A stretch of 64,000 nucleotides of DNA from the NCBI GenBank assembly GCA_964553185.1, contig CAZKJU010000002.1, forward strand, positions 1,281 through 65,280, read 5' to 3'. Numbering within the stretch: the stretch's first letter is position 1; each line of letters starts with the position of its first letter. A model generated the notes under the pieces. The model ran no database searches. It was not told the DNA's origin and worked only from the letters and a program-made list of their open reading frames with translations. Positions 18,730 through 27,493 of the stretch are shown here, in pieces. The translations under genes were made by a program, and so were the position numbers. The DNA is from an uncultured Sulfuricurvum sp. (GTDB lineage: Bacteria; Campylobacterota; Campylobacteria; Campylobacterales; Sulfurimonadaceae).

Positions 18730-19736
18730 AGTTGTTCTTTCTGAAAATTTTCAATCGCTGTTAGGATATCGTCCATTTTCGCGATGAGATAGTCGTCCAT
18801 AAAATGGATGTCTTCGACATTTCGATAGACAAAAATGGATCGTCTCCATTGCTCCAGATGATCGAATAAAGAGGTGATCGATGGAATTAAAAAATCCATA
18901 TTCTCAGCTTCTTCGTTCACTGTAGCGAAACATTGGGTTAAATCGGCGAGTTTGTAGCTGATCTCTTGAAACTGGGCAATCAGGTGTATCTCGTCAGTGT
19001 AGTGTTTGAGAAACATCGTAAGTGCTGCTAAAAGCGTTTGGTTGGTATTCCGATCTGAACTCACAAGCAAAAGATTAAAATCGTCTTCGATTTGTTCGAG
19101 AACATCGTTGGTTCTATCGAAATCATATCCGTCTTGAAGATAAAAATCTTCATCAATTGATACAGCATCATATTCTTCAGCCTGCTTTTCATGGATTCCA
19201 TCACGTAGCTGCTGAAGTTTGTTCAGGGTTGCTTCGAGTTCGATATTACTCTCTTTGAGCTCCAGATTGGTTTGTTCCAGTAAATTATTGAAATAGCGGA
19301 GCATTTTATGATCATAAATCGATTGGCACGTTCGGGTTAGAATCTGTAAAATGTGATTCATATCAATCGGTTTGAGCAAAAAACCATCAACCCCGATATT
19401 GATTAGTTCGATCAGTTTATCACTTTCCGAGTGCGCCGAAACGACCAATATTTTTTGGTCTGGATTCACACTCCGAATGTTGGCGGAGAGTTCGATACCT
19501 CCCATTAGCGGCATCGTTAAATCGGTGATGATCAGATCATAACTGTGGCGGTTGTACAGTTCCAAGGCGGCTACTCCATGCTCGGCAGTATCCACATGAC
19601 CGAAAAAACGGAGGAGAAACATTTTGAGCTGCTGTTGAATGATGAGATCGTCTTCTACCATCAAGACTCTCATCTCAAAACCGATTTCACGCAATATTTT
19701 TGAATTTTTTTGTATGGTGTCACTGTTTGGATTCAT
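18726..19736 (-). CDS. Response regulator: REC + coiled coil + uncharacterised all-helical C-terminal domain
   Basis: LMVEDD, ITDLTMP, VSAH, LLKP; C-terminal LEQWRRSIF...DIHFMDD. Confidence 0.85.
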   Translation of the reverse strand: MNPNSDTIQKNSKILREIGFEMRVLMVEDDLIIQQQLKMFLLRFFGHVDTAEHGVAALELYNRHSYDLIITDLTMPLMGGIELSANIRSVNPDQKILVVSAHSESDKLIELINIGVDGFLLKPIDMNHILQILTRTCQSIYDHKMLRYFNNLLEQTNLELKESNIELEATLNKLQQLRDGIHEKQAEEYDAVSIDEDFYLQDGYDFDRTNDVLEQIEDDFNLLLVSSDRNTNQTLLAALTMFLKHYTDEIHLIAQFQEISYKLADLTQCFATVNEEAENMDFLIPSITSLFDHLEQWRRSIFVYRNVEDIHFMDDYLIAKMDDILTAIENFQKEQL

Positions 19737-21852
19737 CGTTTTCCTCGTTATGGGTAAGGGGTCGCAATTTTCTCTCTCCTGTGAGTAAAGTAGTCAATGT
19801 TTTCGATTCGGGTGAAGGATCATCGAGCTTTTTAAGTTCATTGGGAACGATATGAAAAAGGGTACATACACCGGCATATTCCTGATCCCAGCCAAAATAG
19901 CCATGATAGCGATCCAAAAGAGATTGTTCTTCTCCATAGGGAGCATATAATTCAATTTCATGAATCAATGCTTGTTTGATAAGGATAAAGTTTTTTTCTT
20001 CGAAATACTCGATAGCCGAATATGGGGCAATGGTAGAGATCACTTTGGCAACGTCACCCGACTTGGCATGATGGGATGCCGGAAGATAGACTGTTTTTTT
20101 ATACTCATCGAGATGGTTTTTGAATACTTCTGTGGTGCGCAATGCCGGAAATTCTGATGCCATCGAAAAAAGTTTGGGGAGATTTTTGCTTTGCGATGCA
20201 TTCATAAAAGTATCGTACGCTTTGATCTGATTTTTAAAATCATTCCCGGTGGAGGCGAACGGCTTTATCCGTGAGAGTTTTGTGGCATACACTTCGGCTT
20301 CGTTCATTTTTCCGGCGGCAATCATCATCAGTGTCTTGTCGATGAGCGCTTCGCCGTAATTCATAACTCGCCTGTAGATTTTCGTTTGGCGTAAAACATC
20401 GTGTTGTTCTGTGATCTCCATAATGGCCGAAAAGTTATTGGATTGTGCGCTCGAAGCAAGTTTTTTATAATTTTCTTCGAGTGTTTCAGGACTAGGGATC
20501 AGACTGTGAACACATTGAGAACAGTTAGCGGGGACCGATTCAATATACTCTTTAAACTTTTCAGGATCACTTTCTAAGAGTTTGATTTCATACATTAACT
20601 CTTGTAGACAGCTCGATCGTACCTCATGAAATTCTCTAAGCTGACGTAAAAGAGGGGCTTCATAGGCGGCATTACATGCGTGCTGAGTATTTCCTTCGGC
20701 AATTTGTTCCATAAACGGAACGATATCTTCGGAAGTATAGAGCTTTTGAAGAAGCTCTTTGCGGATAGTACTATCAGACACGATGAGTGCAGTGATCACT
20801 TCATACCCTTGTTTCTCTTCAGCGGATGATGGATGATAGGCGAAAATCTCTTGATGATAGTATTCAATTAGGGTGCATAAAGCGGAATTGATAAAAATCA
20901 GTGGAGATTCGAGTGCGATTTGGCATAGCCAGCCGATGTTTTTGCTCTCAAGCGCTTTAGTAGCGTGATCGATGGGCTCTCTCATATCGATTATGATTCC
21001 ATTGCCATCGGAAAACCCTACAAATACTCTCTCAGATGATGCGCTGATGGAGGTGATACCCCAATACTCTAAGCTGACTGATCCGAGTTTTGCTCCATCG
21101 GAATTGCTGTAAATCGACAGTTTATTGCTTCGAGATCCCAAGAGTATGACATGTGGATTAAATCCTGTGGCGATATGGGTCGGCCACTCCATAAACGGTT
21201 CGCCTAAAAACTGTTGTTTTGACATAATGTTCAGGATATGGGTAGTGCCGAATCGCGAAAAAGCGATAATTTTATTATTATCATTTGAAAAGGTTAATGC
21301 TTCGACGATGTCATCGATTTTAAATACATAGGCAATTTTTTTCGTTTCGATGTAAAGTAAGTGAATTTTTTTATCCATTGTAGAGATTGCAAGCTTGTTT
21401 CCTTGTTTGGAAAATGCTACCGTGACGATCTCATCTGGGAGATTCAATTCAAAAAGACATTTACAGCTCAGTGTTTCGTAGATACTTAATCGTCCCGAAT
21501 TGCTACCGATCACAAAATATTTTCCATTTTCGCTGAGGTGAGCGATATCAGGTTTTTTGGTAACGGAAATGCTAGAGAGAAGTTTGATCGGATCAAGTGA
21601 TAGTAGTAAAACACGATCATTTGATGCGTCGCAAATAAGGGCGTGTTGAGCATTGTGCGAGATCATAACGGCATTGCCATAACGGTAAGGATAAGATTGA
21701 AACCCTTTTACATTGGCATGTTTTTCTTGAGCCCCCAAAAGAGAAAATTGGTAGATCGTTGGTGTTGAATCAATGCAAAACAGATGGGTATCGTTTATCG
21801 CAGAGGCGACAATACTCCTAAAAGAGTGTAACGAAGAGTAGGCTAAAGACAT
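19720..21852 (-). CDS. WD40/beta-propeller + alpha-helical repeat protein, cytoplasmic
   Basis: Blades such as AFSKQGNKLAISTMDKKIHL and LSENGKYFVIGSNSGRLSIYE, followed by helical repeats. Start taken as ATG 21852 after GGAGG; the ORF track starts at 21870. Confidence 0.8.
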   Translation of the reverse strand: MSLAYSSLHSFRSIVASAINDTHLFCIDSTPTIYQFSLLGAQEKHANVKGFQSYPYRYGNAVMISHNAQHALICDASNDRVLLLSLDPIKLLSSISVTKKPDIAHLSENGKYFVIGSNSGRLSIYETLSCKCLFELNLPDEIVTVAFSKQGNKLAISTMDKKIHLLYIETKKIAYVFKIDDIVEALTFSNDNNKIIAFSRFGTTHILNIMSKQQFLGEPFMEWPTHIATGFNPHVILLGSRSNKLSIYSNSDGAKLGSVSLEYWGITSISASSERVFVGFSDGNGIIIDMREPIDHATKALESKNIGWLCQIALESPLIFINSALCTLIEYYHQEIFAYHPSSAEEKQGYEVITALIVSDSTIRKELLQKLYTSEDIVPFMEQIAEGNTQHACNAAYEAPLLRQLREFHEVRSSCLQELMYEIKLLESDPEKFKEYIESVPANCSQCVHSLIPSPETLEENYKKLASSAQSNNFSAIMEITEQHDVLRQTKIYRRVMNYGEALIDKTLMMIAAGKMNEAEVYATKLSRIKPFASTGNDFKNQIKAYDTFMNASQSKNLPKLFSMASEFPALRTTEVFKNHLDEYKKTVYLPASHHAKSGDVAKVISTIAPYSAIEYFEEKNFILIKQALIHEIELYAPYGEEQSLLDRYHGYFGWDQEYAGVCTLFHIVPNELKKLDDPSPESKTLTTLLTGERKLRPLTHNEENDESKQ

Positions 21853-21882
21853 CTTTGCCTCCGTTTTCATTTTAATATGAAA

Positions 21883-21915
21883 ATTATTTCGTGTTTGTGT
21901 CGCAAATACGTTGCA
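21883..21915 (-). promoter_or_regulatory. Direct-repeat regulator box plus -10 (copy 5)
   Basis: Minus strand: TGCAACG-TATT-TGCGACA, 9 bp, AATAAT; upstream of the WD40 gene. Confidence 0.75.
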
Positions 21916-22024
21916 ATGGAGAATGATTTAATATCTTTTAACGTCTTTAATTTTGTTAAATTGATGAAAATATAAAATAAATGGATGGGAAAAGCGGTAT
22001 AAAAATTTTTCCCTTTTTAGTGAA

Positions 22025-22210
22025 ATGAGTGAGAAACACCGTTTAGTCCACGTCCTCGCGAATCAGATGATCAAAGAGAAACATAACTTTCCCGGGACGG
22101 ATGATCAAGAAGCGATTAAAAAACTCTCTTCAGAGAGCCATCAATTGGTTGAATTGATCAAACAATTGCGTCAGAAGAGTATCACCGTGCTTTCACCCGC
22201 TAGAGGGTAA
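22025..22210 (+). CDS. Small hypothetical protein (61 aa)
   Basis: Fills an intergenic gap with an ATG start and amphipathic helices; no clear SD. Confidence 0.45.
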   Translation: MSEKHRLVHVLANQMIKEKHNFPGTDDQEAIKKLSSESHQLVELIKQLRQKSITVLSPARG

Positions 22211-22216
22211 TTCTCT

Positions 22217-24781
22217 TCAAAGATAAAATTCCGACTTCTCCGGTTTGCTGAATAGATATCCTTGAAATGCGTCACACTCCATCGTTTTGAGGATTTTAAA
22301 CTGTTCTGTCGTCTCTACACCCTCGGCTATTACTTCGAGTCCGAAGGTGTGTCCCATCGTAATGATCGTTTGAACGATCGTTTTATCCGAATTGTCGGTG
22401 GTGAGGGCTTTCACAAACGACTGATCGATTTTGAGTTCATCGATCGGGAGATTTTTGAGATAGGATAAGGAGGAATATCCTGTGCCGAAATCGTCAATAG
22501 AGAGGGAAAATCCTAAATTTTTGAGGAGATTGATTTTGTCCATTGCATTTTGGGCATCTTGAATCAATAGCCCTTCGGTTAGCTCTAAACGGATCTGAGA
22601 GGGATTAGCTCCAACCGTATTGATGAGACGGTGCAGTTTAGTGACAAACTCCTCTTCAACGAATTGTTTCGGACTGATATTGACCGAGATGCGCCAATTT
22701 TTTTTGATCGGATCCTCTTTCCATGCGGTGAGTTGTTTGACGCTCTCTTTGAGTACCCAATCACCGATGGGAATAATCAATCCTGATGTTTCGGCAACCG
22801 GAATAAACTCGGTGGGAGCTATGATCCCTTTGGTTGGATGGTTCCACCGTATCAACGCCTCTACCCCTACCGTATTCTCCTCTTTATCGACCTGCTTTTG
22901 ATAGACCAGATAAAAATCGCCGTGATTGATCGATGTTCTGAGATCCTGCGTCAATTGTACCTGAGCACTGATACTCTCTTGCAATAACTCATCGTAAAAA
23001 CGGGAGGTGTTGCGACCGCTGTTTTTAGCGGCGTACATCGCACTGTCCGCAAACGAAAAGAGCTGATCGATAGGGTGTTCGTTATCGAGAAACAAAACAA
23101 TCCCGACACTTGCGCTCAAATAGAAGAGTTGATCGTTGATCGTAAAAGGCTCTTTGGAAACATCGAGAATTTTGTGAACGGTTGCTTGGATAGAGATGGC
23201 CGCTTCGTGTCGAAATTTCCCTAAATTTTCGATCAAGATGACAAATTCGTCCCCCCCGAATCGGGCGACGGTATCGCTTTGGCGCAAAACAGCCCGTAGC
23301 CGGTGCGCCATTTCTTGCAAAACGACATCCCCCGCGCTATGCCCTTTGAGATCATTGACCCCTTTGAAATGATCCAAATCGATAAAAAGCAATCCTCCGT
23401 ATTGGCGAGTCCGTTCACTGCTGAGTATTGCTTGCTCAAATCTCTCCATCAAAAGACGGCGATTCGGAAGTTCGGTCAACGGATCAAAATAGGAGAGTTT
23501 GACAATATCTTCTCGCTGATTAAAAGAGTTGATCGCAAATCCCAAATCACCTGAAAGTTCATCAATCATCGAGCACTCTTCAGCGGTAAAACCGTTTTGT
23601 TGAGAGGTACAAATCATCATTACACCAAACGCGTCGGATGCGAAATTGTCTTTGCGCAGTGGGGAGACGTAGATGGCAGTGATGCCATATCGAATCGCTT
23701 TTTCTTTGCATGTTTCGGAGACTTCGGAGGTAAAATCGGTAATGACGGAGGATTGATTTGTGTATAGCACCCTCTCTTCGATGGGGAGGATATCCCACTC
23801 GCTCTCTAATCCGTATATGGATTTAACTCGTAATTCCCCCTTTTCTACCAAAGAGATCCGAACGATCGAAAACGACTCATTCTCAGCCAAACATTGAGCC
23901 GTTTTTTCAATCAGTTCATCCAGTGACTGGGTGGTTATGAGGATCTGATTGCTATCGGCAACGGTACGGAGAATCGAAAAAAGGTGCTTTTGATAGTTGT
24001 TCGATTGTTCAAGTTCGGCGGTGCGGTTATGAACCTCTATTTCTAGCCGCTGTTTGTCTTCAACCTCTTTTCGGGTAAGGAGGCGTATAGCATAATGGAT
24101 CATTCCGAGTAATAATAAGACGGTCATCGCATTCACAAACGTTTGTGTCCAGAAGATTGATAGAACCTCTTTGGATATAAGTTCTTTGGGAATTTTGATA
24201 CTGGTAATCCCGCGTACATCTCCGATTTTATAATCGAAAGCGGTATCGTATCGGCTTGCGATATAGGGGAGAACCTCCTCTTTTTTACCGTGGCATTGGA
24301 TACAGTAGGGTTCAATTTTTATTGGGGTAGTATAGAAAAAATATTCTTGATTGTTTTGACGGATGGTCGTAAAACGCTCTTTGAGTTCGGGATTTTCTTG
24401 AAAAGCCCTCATCGCTTCGAGTTCATCGGAATCGGCTTTGTTTTTCGGATTTCGGGGACGATCGGAGACGTTGCGGATGGAGATGTCATCTAGAGTTCGT
24501 TTTGAAAACTCATCGCTGATAAACGATGCCGCGTGGGCGGGCAAAAATCCGACCGTGGAGTCGTTGAGATCGATCCCGCTGTTCAAAAACTGATGATGAT
24601 ACACATAGCGCATCGACATGAAATAGGTTTGCAACGATTTGGCACGGCTGATTGCATGTGTTTTAAAATGGGATGTGGTTTGAGAATAGAGTTGAAATGT
24701 CATAAATGCGAGTGCCGCAAGGATAAAAATAGTGATAACTAAAATAAGACGTTTGGTAAAATTTAGCTTACTCACGTGCAC
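22217..24781 (-). CDS. Periplasmic c-type heme sensor (DUF3365/Tll0287-like) + GAF + GGDEF + EAL
   Basis: PRNPKNKAD..E, CIQCH, YKIGDVRG; RFGGDEF; EALIR, DDFGTGYSS. Confidence 0.9.
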   Translation of the reverse strand: MHVSKLNFTKRLILVITIFILAALAFMTFQLYSQTTSHFKTHAISRAKSLQTYFMSMRYVYHHQFLNSGIDLNDSTVGFLPAHAASFISDEFSKRTLDDISIRNVSDRPRNPKNKADSDELEAMRAFQENPELKERFTTIRQNNQEYFFYTTPIKIEPYCIQCHGKKEEVLPYIASRYDTAFDYKIGDVRGITSIKIPKELISKEVLSIFWTQTFVNAMTVLLLLGMIHYAIRLLTRKEVEDKQRLEIEVHNRTAELEQSNNYQKHLFSILRTVADSNQILITTQSLDELIEKTAQCLAENESFSIVRISLVEKGELRVKSIYGLESEWDILPIEERVLYTNQSSVITDFTSEVSETCKEKAIRYGITAIYVSPLRKDNFASDAFGVMMICTSQQNGFTAEECSMIDELSGDLGFAINSFNQREDIVKLSYFDPLTELPNRRLLMERFEQAILSSERTRQYGGLLFIDLDHFKGVNDLKGHSAGDVVLQEMAHRLRAVLRQSDTVARFGGDEFVILIENLGKFRHEAAISIQATVHKILDVSKEPFTINDQLFYLSASVGIVLFLDNEHPIDQLFSFADSAMYAAKNSGRNTSRFYDELLQESISAQVQLTQDLRTSINHGDFYLVYQKQVDKEENTVGVEALIRWNHPTKGIIAPTEFIPVAETSGLIIPIGDWVLKESVKQLTAWKEDPIKKNWRISVNISPKQFVEEEFVTKLHRLINTVGANPSQIRLELTEGLLIQDAQNAMDKINLLKNLGFSLSIDDFGTGYSSLSYLKNLPIDELKIDQSFVKALTTDNSDKTIVQTIITMGHTFGLEVIAEGVETTEQFKILKTMECDAFQGYLFSKPEKSEFYL

Positions 24782-24825
24782 TCTTAATGTATAACTTTTG
24801 TTTATGGTATCGTAGAAATCTTAAT

Positions 24826-25215
24826 TTACTCTTGTAAATGTGTGATTAGGTTGATCGCTTCAAATCCGATGACTACTATCCAAACAAAAATGGCAATTCC
24901 CGTCGCGGCGGCGGAGATATCTTTGATCATTCCGATTTTTTCGTTGTAGCGGGTCTCCATAAAATCGCATACCGCTTCTATCGCGGTGTTGAACACTTCG
25001 CTGGAAATCATCACGCCGGTGGCGAGGATAATAATGGTTACATCGATCCATTCACGATACATAAAGACCGGAATGAGGATGATTACAGAGAGGATAATTT
25101 TGTACATAACGCTAAAATCGTAGAGTACCGCAAACCGTAGCCCTGCGAGGATGACTTTGAATTTTCGAAGCGGGTGGTAGCCGTGTTCGCCGGTCTCTAA
25201 AAATTTGTTTTTCAT
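24826..25215 (-). CDS. dgkA: Prokaryotic diacylglycerol/undecaprenol kinase (DgkA family)
   Basis: Three TMs, EVFNTAIEAVCD, IKDISAAA. Confidence 0.88.
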   Translation of the reverse strand: MKNKFLETGEHGYHPLRKFKVILAGLRFAVLYDFSVMYKIILSVIILIPVFMYREWIDVTIIILATGVMISSEVFNTAIEAVCDFMETRYNEKIGMIKDISAAATGIAIFVWIVVIGFEAINLITHLQE

Positions 25216-25850
25216 TGTTGTGTTCCTGTTTTAATGATCCAAAGGGCGATTGTCGTCCATGCTAATGCTACCATCACCCCTGCGATGATGTCGGTTGGGA
25301 AATGAACCTGTAAATAGATTCGGGAAGCAAAAACTGAAAGGGCGATTAATACCAAAACGGTGAGGATGGTGTTTTGAGCTTCTGAATTTGAGGTGAAAAC
25401 ACACAGTCCTACTCCGATCGTAAATGCTGCGATTTGGGCAGAATGAGCACTGGGGAATGAGGGATCAATCGGCAGTTCATGAAGCGGGCCGAAAAAGTGG
25501 GGACGCTTGCGTTCAAGGAGATATTTGAGTGTATAGGTGGTAATAATAGTTCCCCAAAAGATGAGGGTAACCATTTTCCCCATCACTGGGTTGGAAGACC
25601 CGTAGAGGATAATGTACCCTAGATATAGCGGGATCAAAAGCCACAATGATCCCATCCATGTGATCGTAGAAAAATAGGTGTCGAGCCAAGGGGTGCGAAC
25701 ATGGTGAAACCAGGTCAAAATACTTTGGTCAAAGCGGAGTGTATATCCATGTTGTGTTGAGAGTGTCAGGAGATAAAAAAGAGCAATCAACAGGGTTAAA
25801 ATCAGGGGATGAGACCACTGCTGAAGAACTAAAATTTTGAGATCATTCAT
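25212..25850 (-). CDS. PAP2-family lipid phosphate phosphatase
   Basis: K......RP (KYLLERKRP), SFPSAH, SRIYLQVHFPTD. Confidence 0.93.
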   Translation of the reverse strand: MNDLKILVLQQWSHPLILTLLIALFYLLTLSTQHGYTLRFDQSILTWFHHVRTPWLDTYFSTITWMGSLWLLIPLYLGYIILYGSSNPVMGKMVTLIFWGTIITTYTLKYLLERKRPHFFGPLHELPIDPSFPSAHSAQIAAFTIGVGLCVFTSNSEAQNTILTVLVLIALSVFASRIYLQVHFPTDIIAGVMVALAWTTIALWIIKTGTQQ

Positions 25851-27444
25851 GATAAAACTCCCCTTCTACACGGTTTTTCCCCTCTTTTTTTGCATGGTAG
25901 AGTGCATCATCAGCCCGTTTAAGTGCCGATTCGAGAGGTTCGGATTTATCCATTAGGGTGATTCCGATACTGCTGGTGACAACCCCCACCTCTTCGATCG
26001 GTGTTTTGGCGATAGTTGCTCGGATAGTTTCCGCGATTCGAAAGAGTGCTTCAGGACTTTCAAGTTCGAGGAGTACGATAAATTCTTCTCCTCCCCAGCG
26101 TATCACAGGATCATTGGTGCGAGTGGCTGAATTGATCGAATTTGCGGTGCTGATCAGTACTTCATCTCCTTTAAGATGACCGTAAGTATCGTTAATCGAT
26201 TTGAAATTATCCAGATCCAAAAGGATCAGTCCTATTGTGGGATACTTGGTGTTTTTGCGTCTCCATTTAGCAATATATTCATGAAAATATTGTCGGTTAT
26301 AGGCTTGAGTGAGGGGGTCATGATACGCTTTTGAGATCAAAATCTCCTCCTTGAGCAAAGTAGCACTTACATCCTGAAATGAGACGATGTAGTGGGAACC
26401 GTTAAACGGAATCACCGTCGCTTTGAAATAGTGGGTGATCTCTTCGCCCGATTCCATAATGACAATCCGATTTTTTTCATCGATTCTCATGAGGGTATTG
26501 ACCCATAATTCATCCGGTGCGACTTTACCTAGATGAAAAAAATGCTCATCAGGGATGAAACGGTTACAAATACAGGTGCTATCTTCGATAAACGGTTCGA
26601 GTGCGGGATATCCGAAAAAATTGAGAAGCGCTTTGTTCGCATACATGATTCGTAGCCCGTTGGTAGCGATGATAATATTCTCTTGGGCATCGATGATCGT
26701 CTGTATGTAGAGGGTCTGTTCTTTGAGCTTCTCTTCTTGGAGTTTGATCGCGGTAATATCGTGTTGAACTCCAACGAAATAGCGTAGTTCATTGTCAAGA
26801 TAAAGTGGGGAGAGGGTGAGAAAATTGTAAAACGGCTCACCCGATTTGGTGTAATTGAGAAGCTCCGTTTGGGTTGATGTGTGTTCATGAATTGCATTTC
26901 GTATGGTTTCTCTAGCTCTCTGATCCCGTGAATCTCCCTGTAAAAATCGGCAGTTTCGACCGATCACTTCCTCTTTCAAATAGCCTGTTTTCTCTAAAAA
27001 AGAAGGATTGGCGTAGATGAGAGGGGTATCTGGGAGGTTGGGATCGGCAAGGGTAATCCCAACATCGATCGACTCAACGGCACTTTCAAAAAGGGTCGCT
27101 TTTTCCACTGCATTTTTTTGGTCCGTCACATCACTAAAGATGATCGTACATGTTTGTGTCTCGTTTGATTTTAGAACCGAGTTGATTTGTATCCATTGTG
27201 TTCGACCTGATACAAGGCAAATCTCAATAGGCTCATTGGTATCCACTTGAGTGGAGGAAAAAAGAGGGTAAAAATCACTCAGTGATTTTCCGATGAGAGT
27301 GGTGCTTAGAGTTTTTAGAATACTCAATGCGGCACGGTTAGCATAGAGTATTTGTGTCTCATCATTGTGAACTATAATACCCTCATTAAGATGTTCCAAT
27401 AACAGATAAAAGCTATCAGGGTTTTGGATAAAAAAATCTTTCAT
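25843..27444 (-). CDS. PAS-LOV-PAS-GGDEF diguanylate cyclase (putative blue-light sensor)
   Basis: DPNLPDTPLIYAN, GRNCRFLQG, NYTKSGEPFYN, YFVGVQHDIT; RTND I-site, RWGGEEF. Confidence 0.92.
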   Translation of the reverse strand: MKDFFIQNPDSFYLLLEHLNEGIIVHNDETQILYANRAALSILKTLSTTLIGKSLSDFYPLFSSTQVDTNEPIEICLVSGRTQWIQINSVLKSNETQTCTIIFSDVTDQKNAVEKATLFESAVESIDVGITLADPNLPDTPLIYANPSFLEKTGYLKEEVIGRNCRFLQGDSRDQRARETIRNAIHEHTSTQTELLNYTKSGEPFYNFLTLSPLYLDNELRYFVGVQHDITAIKLQEEKLKEQTLYIQTIIDAQENIIIATNGLRIMYANKALLNFFGYPALEPFIEDSTCICNRFIPDEHFFHLGKVAPDELWVNTLMRIDEKNRIVIMESGEEITHYFKATVIPFNGSHYIVSFQDVSATLLKEEILISKAYHDPLTQAYNRQYFHEYIAKWRRKNTKYPTIGLILLDLDNFKSINDTYGHLKGDEVLISTANSINSATRTNDPVIRWGGEEFIVLLELESPEALFRIAETIRATIAKTPIEEVGVVTSSIGITLMDKSEPLESALKRADDALYHAKKEGKNRVEGEFYHE

Positions 27445-27493
27445 GACACTCTTTTGTGTAAGCTATGGAAACTTTAACGAAAAGTTTCTTAGT

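Noticed and set aside
18368-22036. 12-bp inverted match ATGAGTGAGAAA at the starts of two small ORFs flanking the WD40 operon
   Set aside because: No extension, target-site duplication or recombinase; compatible with chance.
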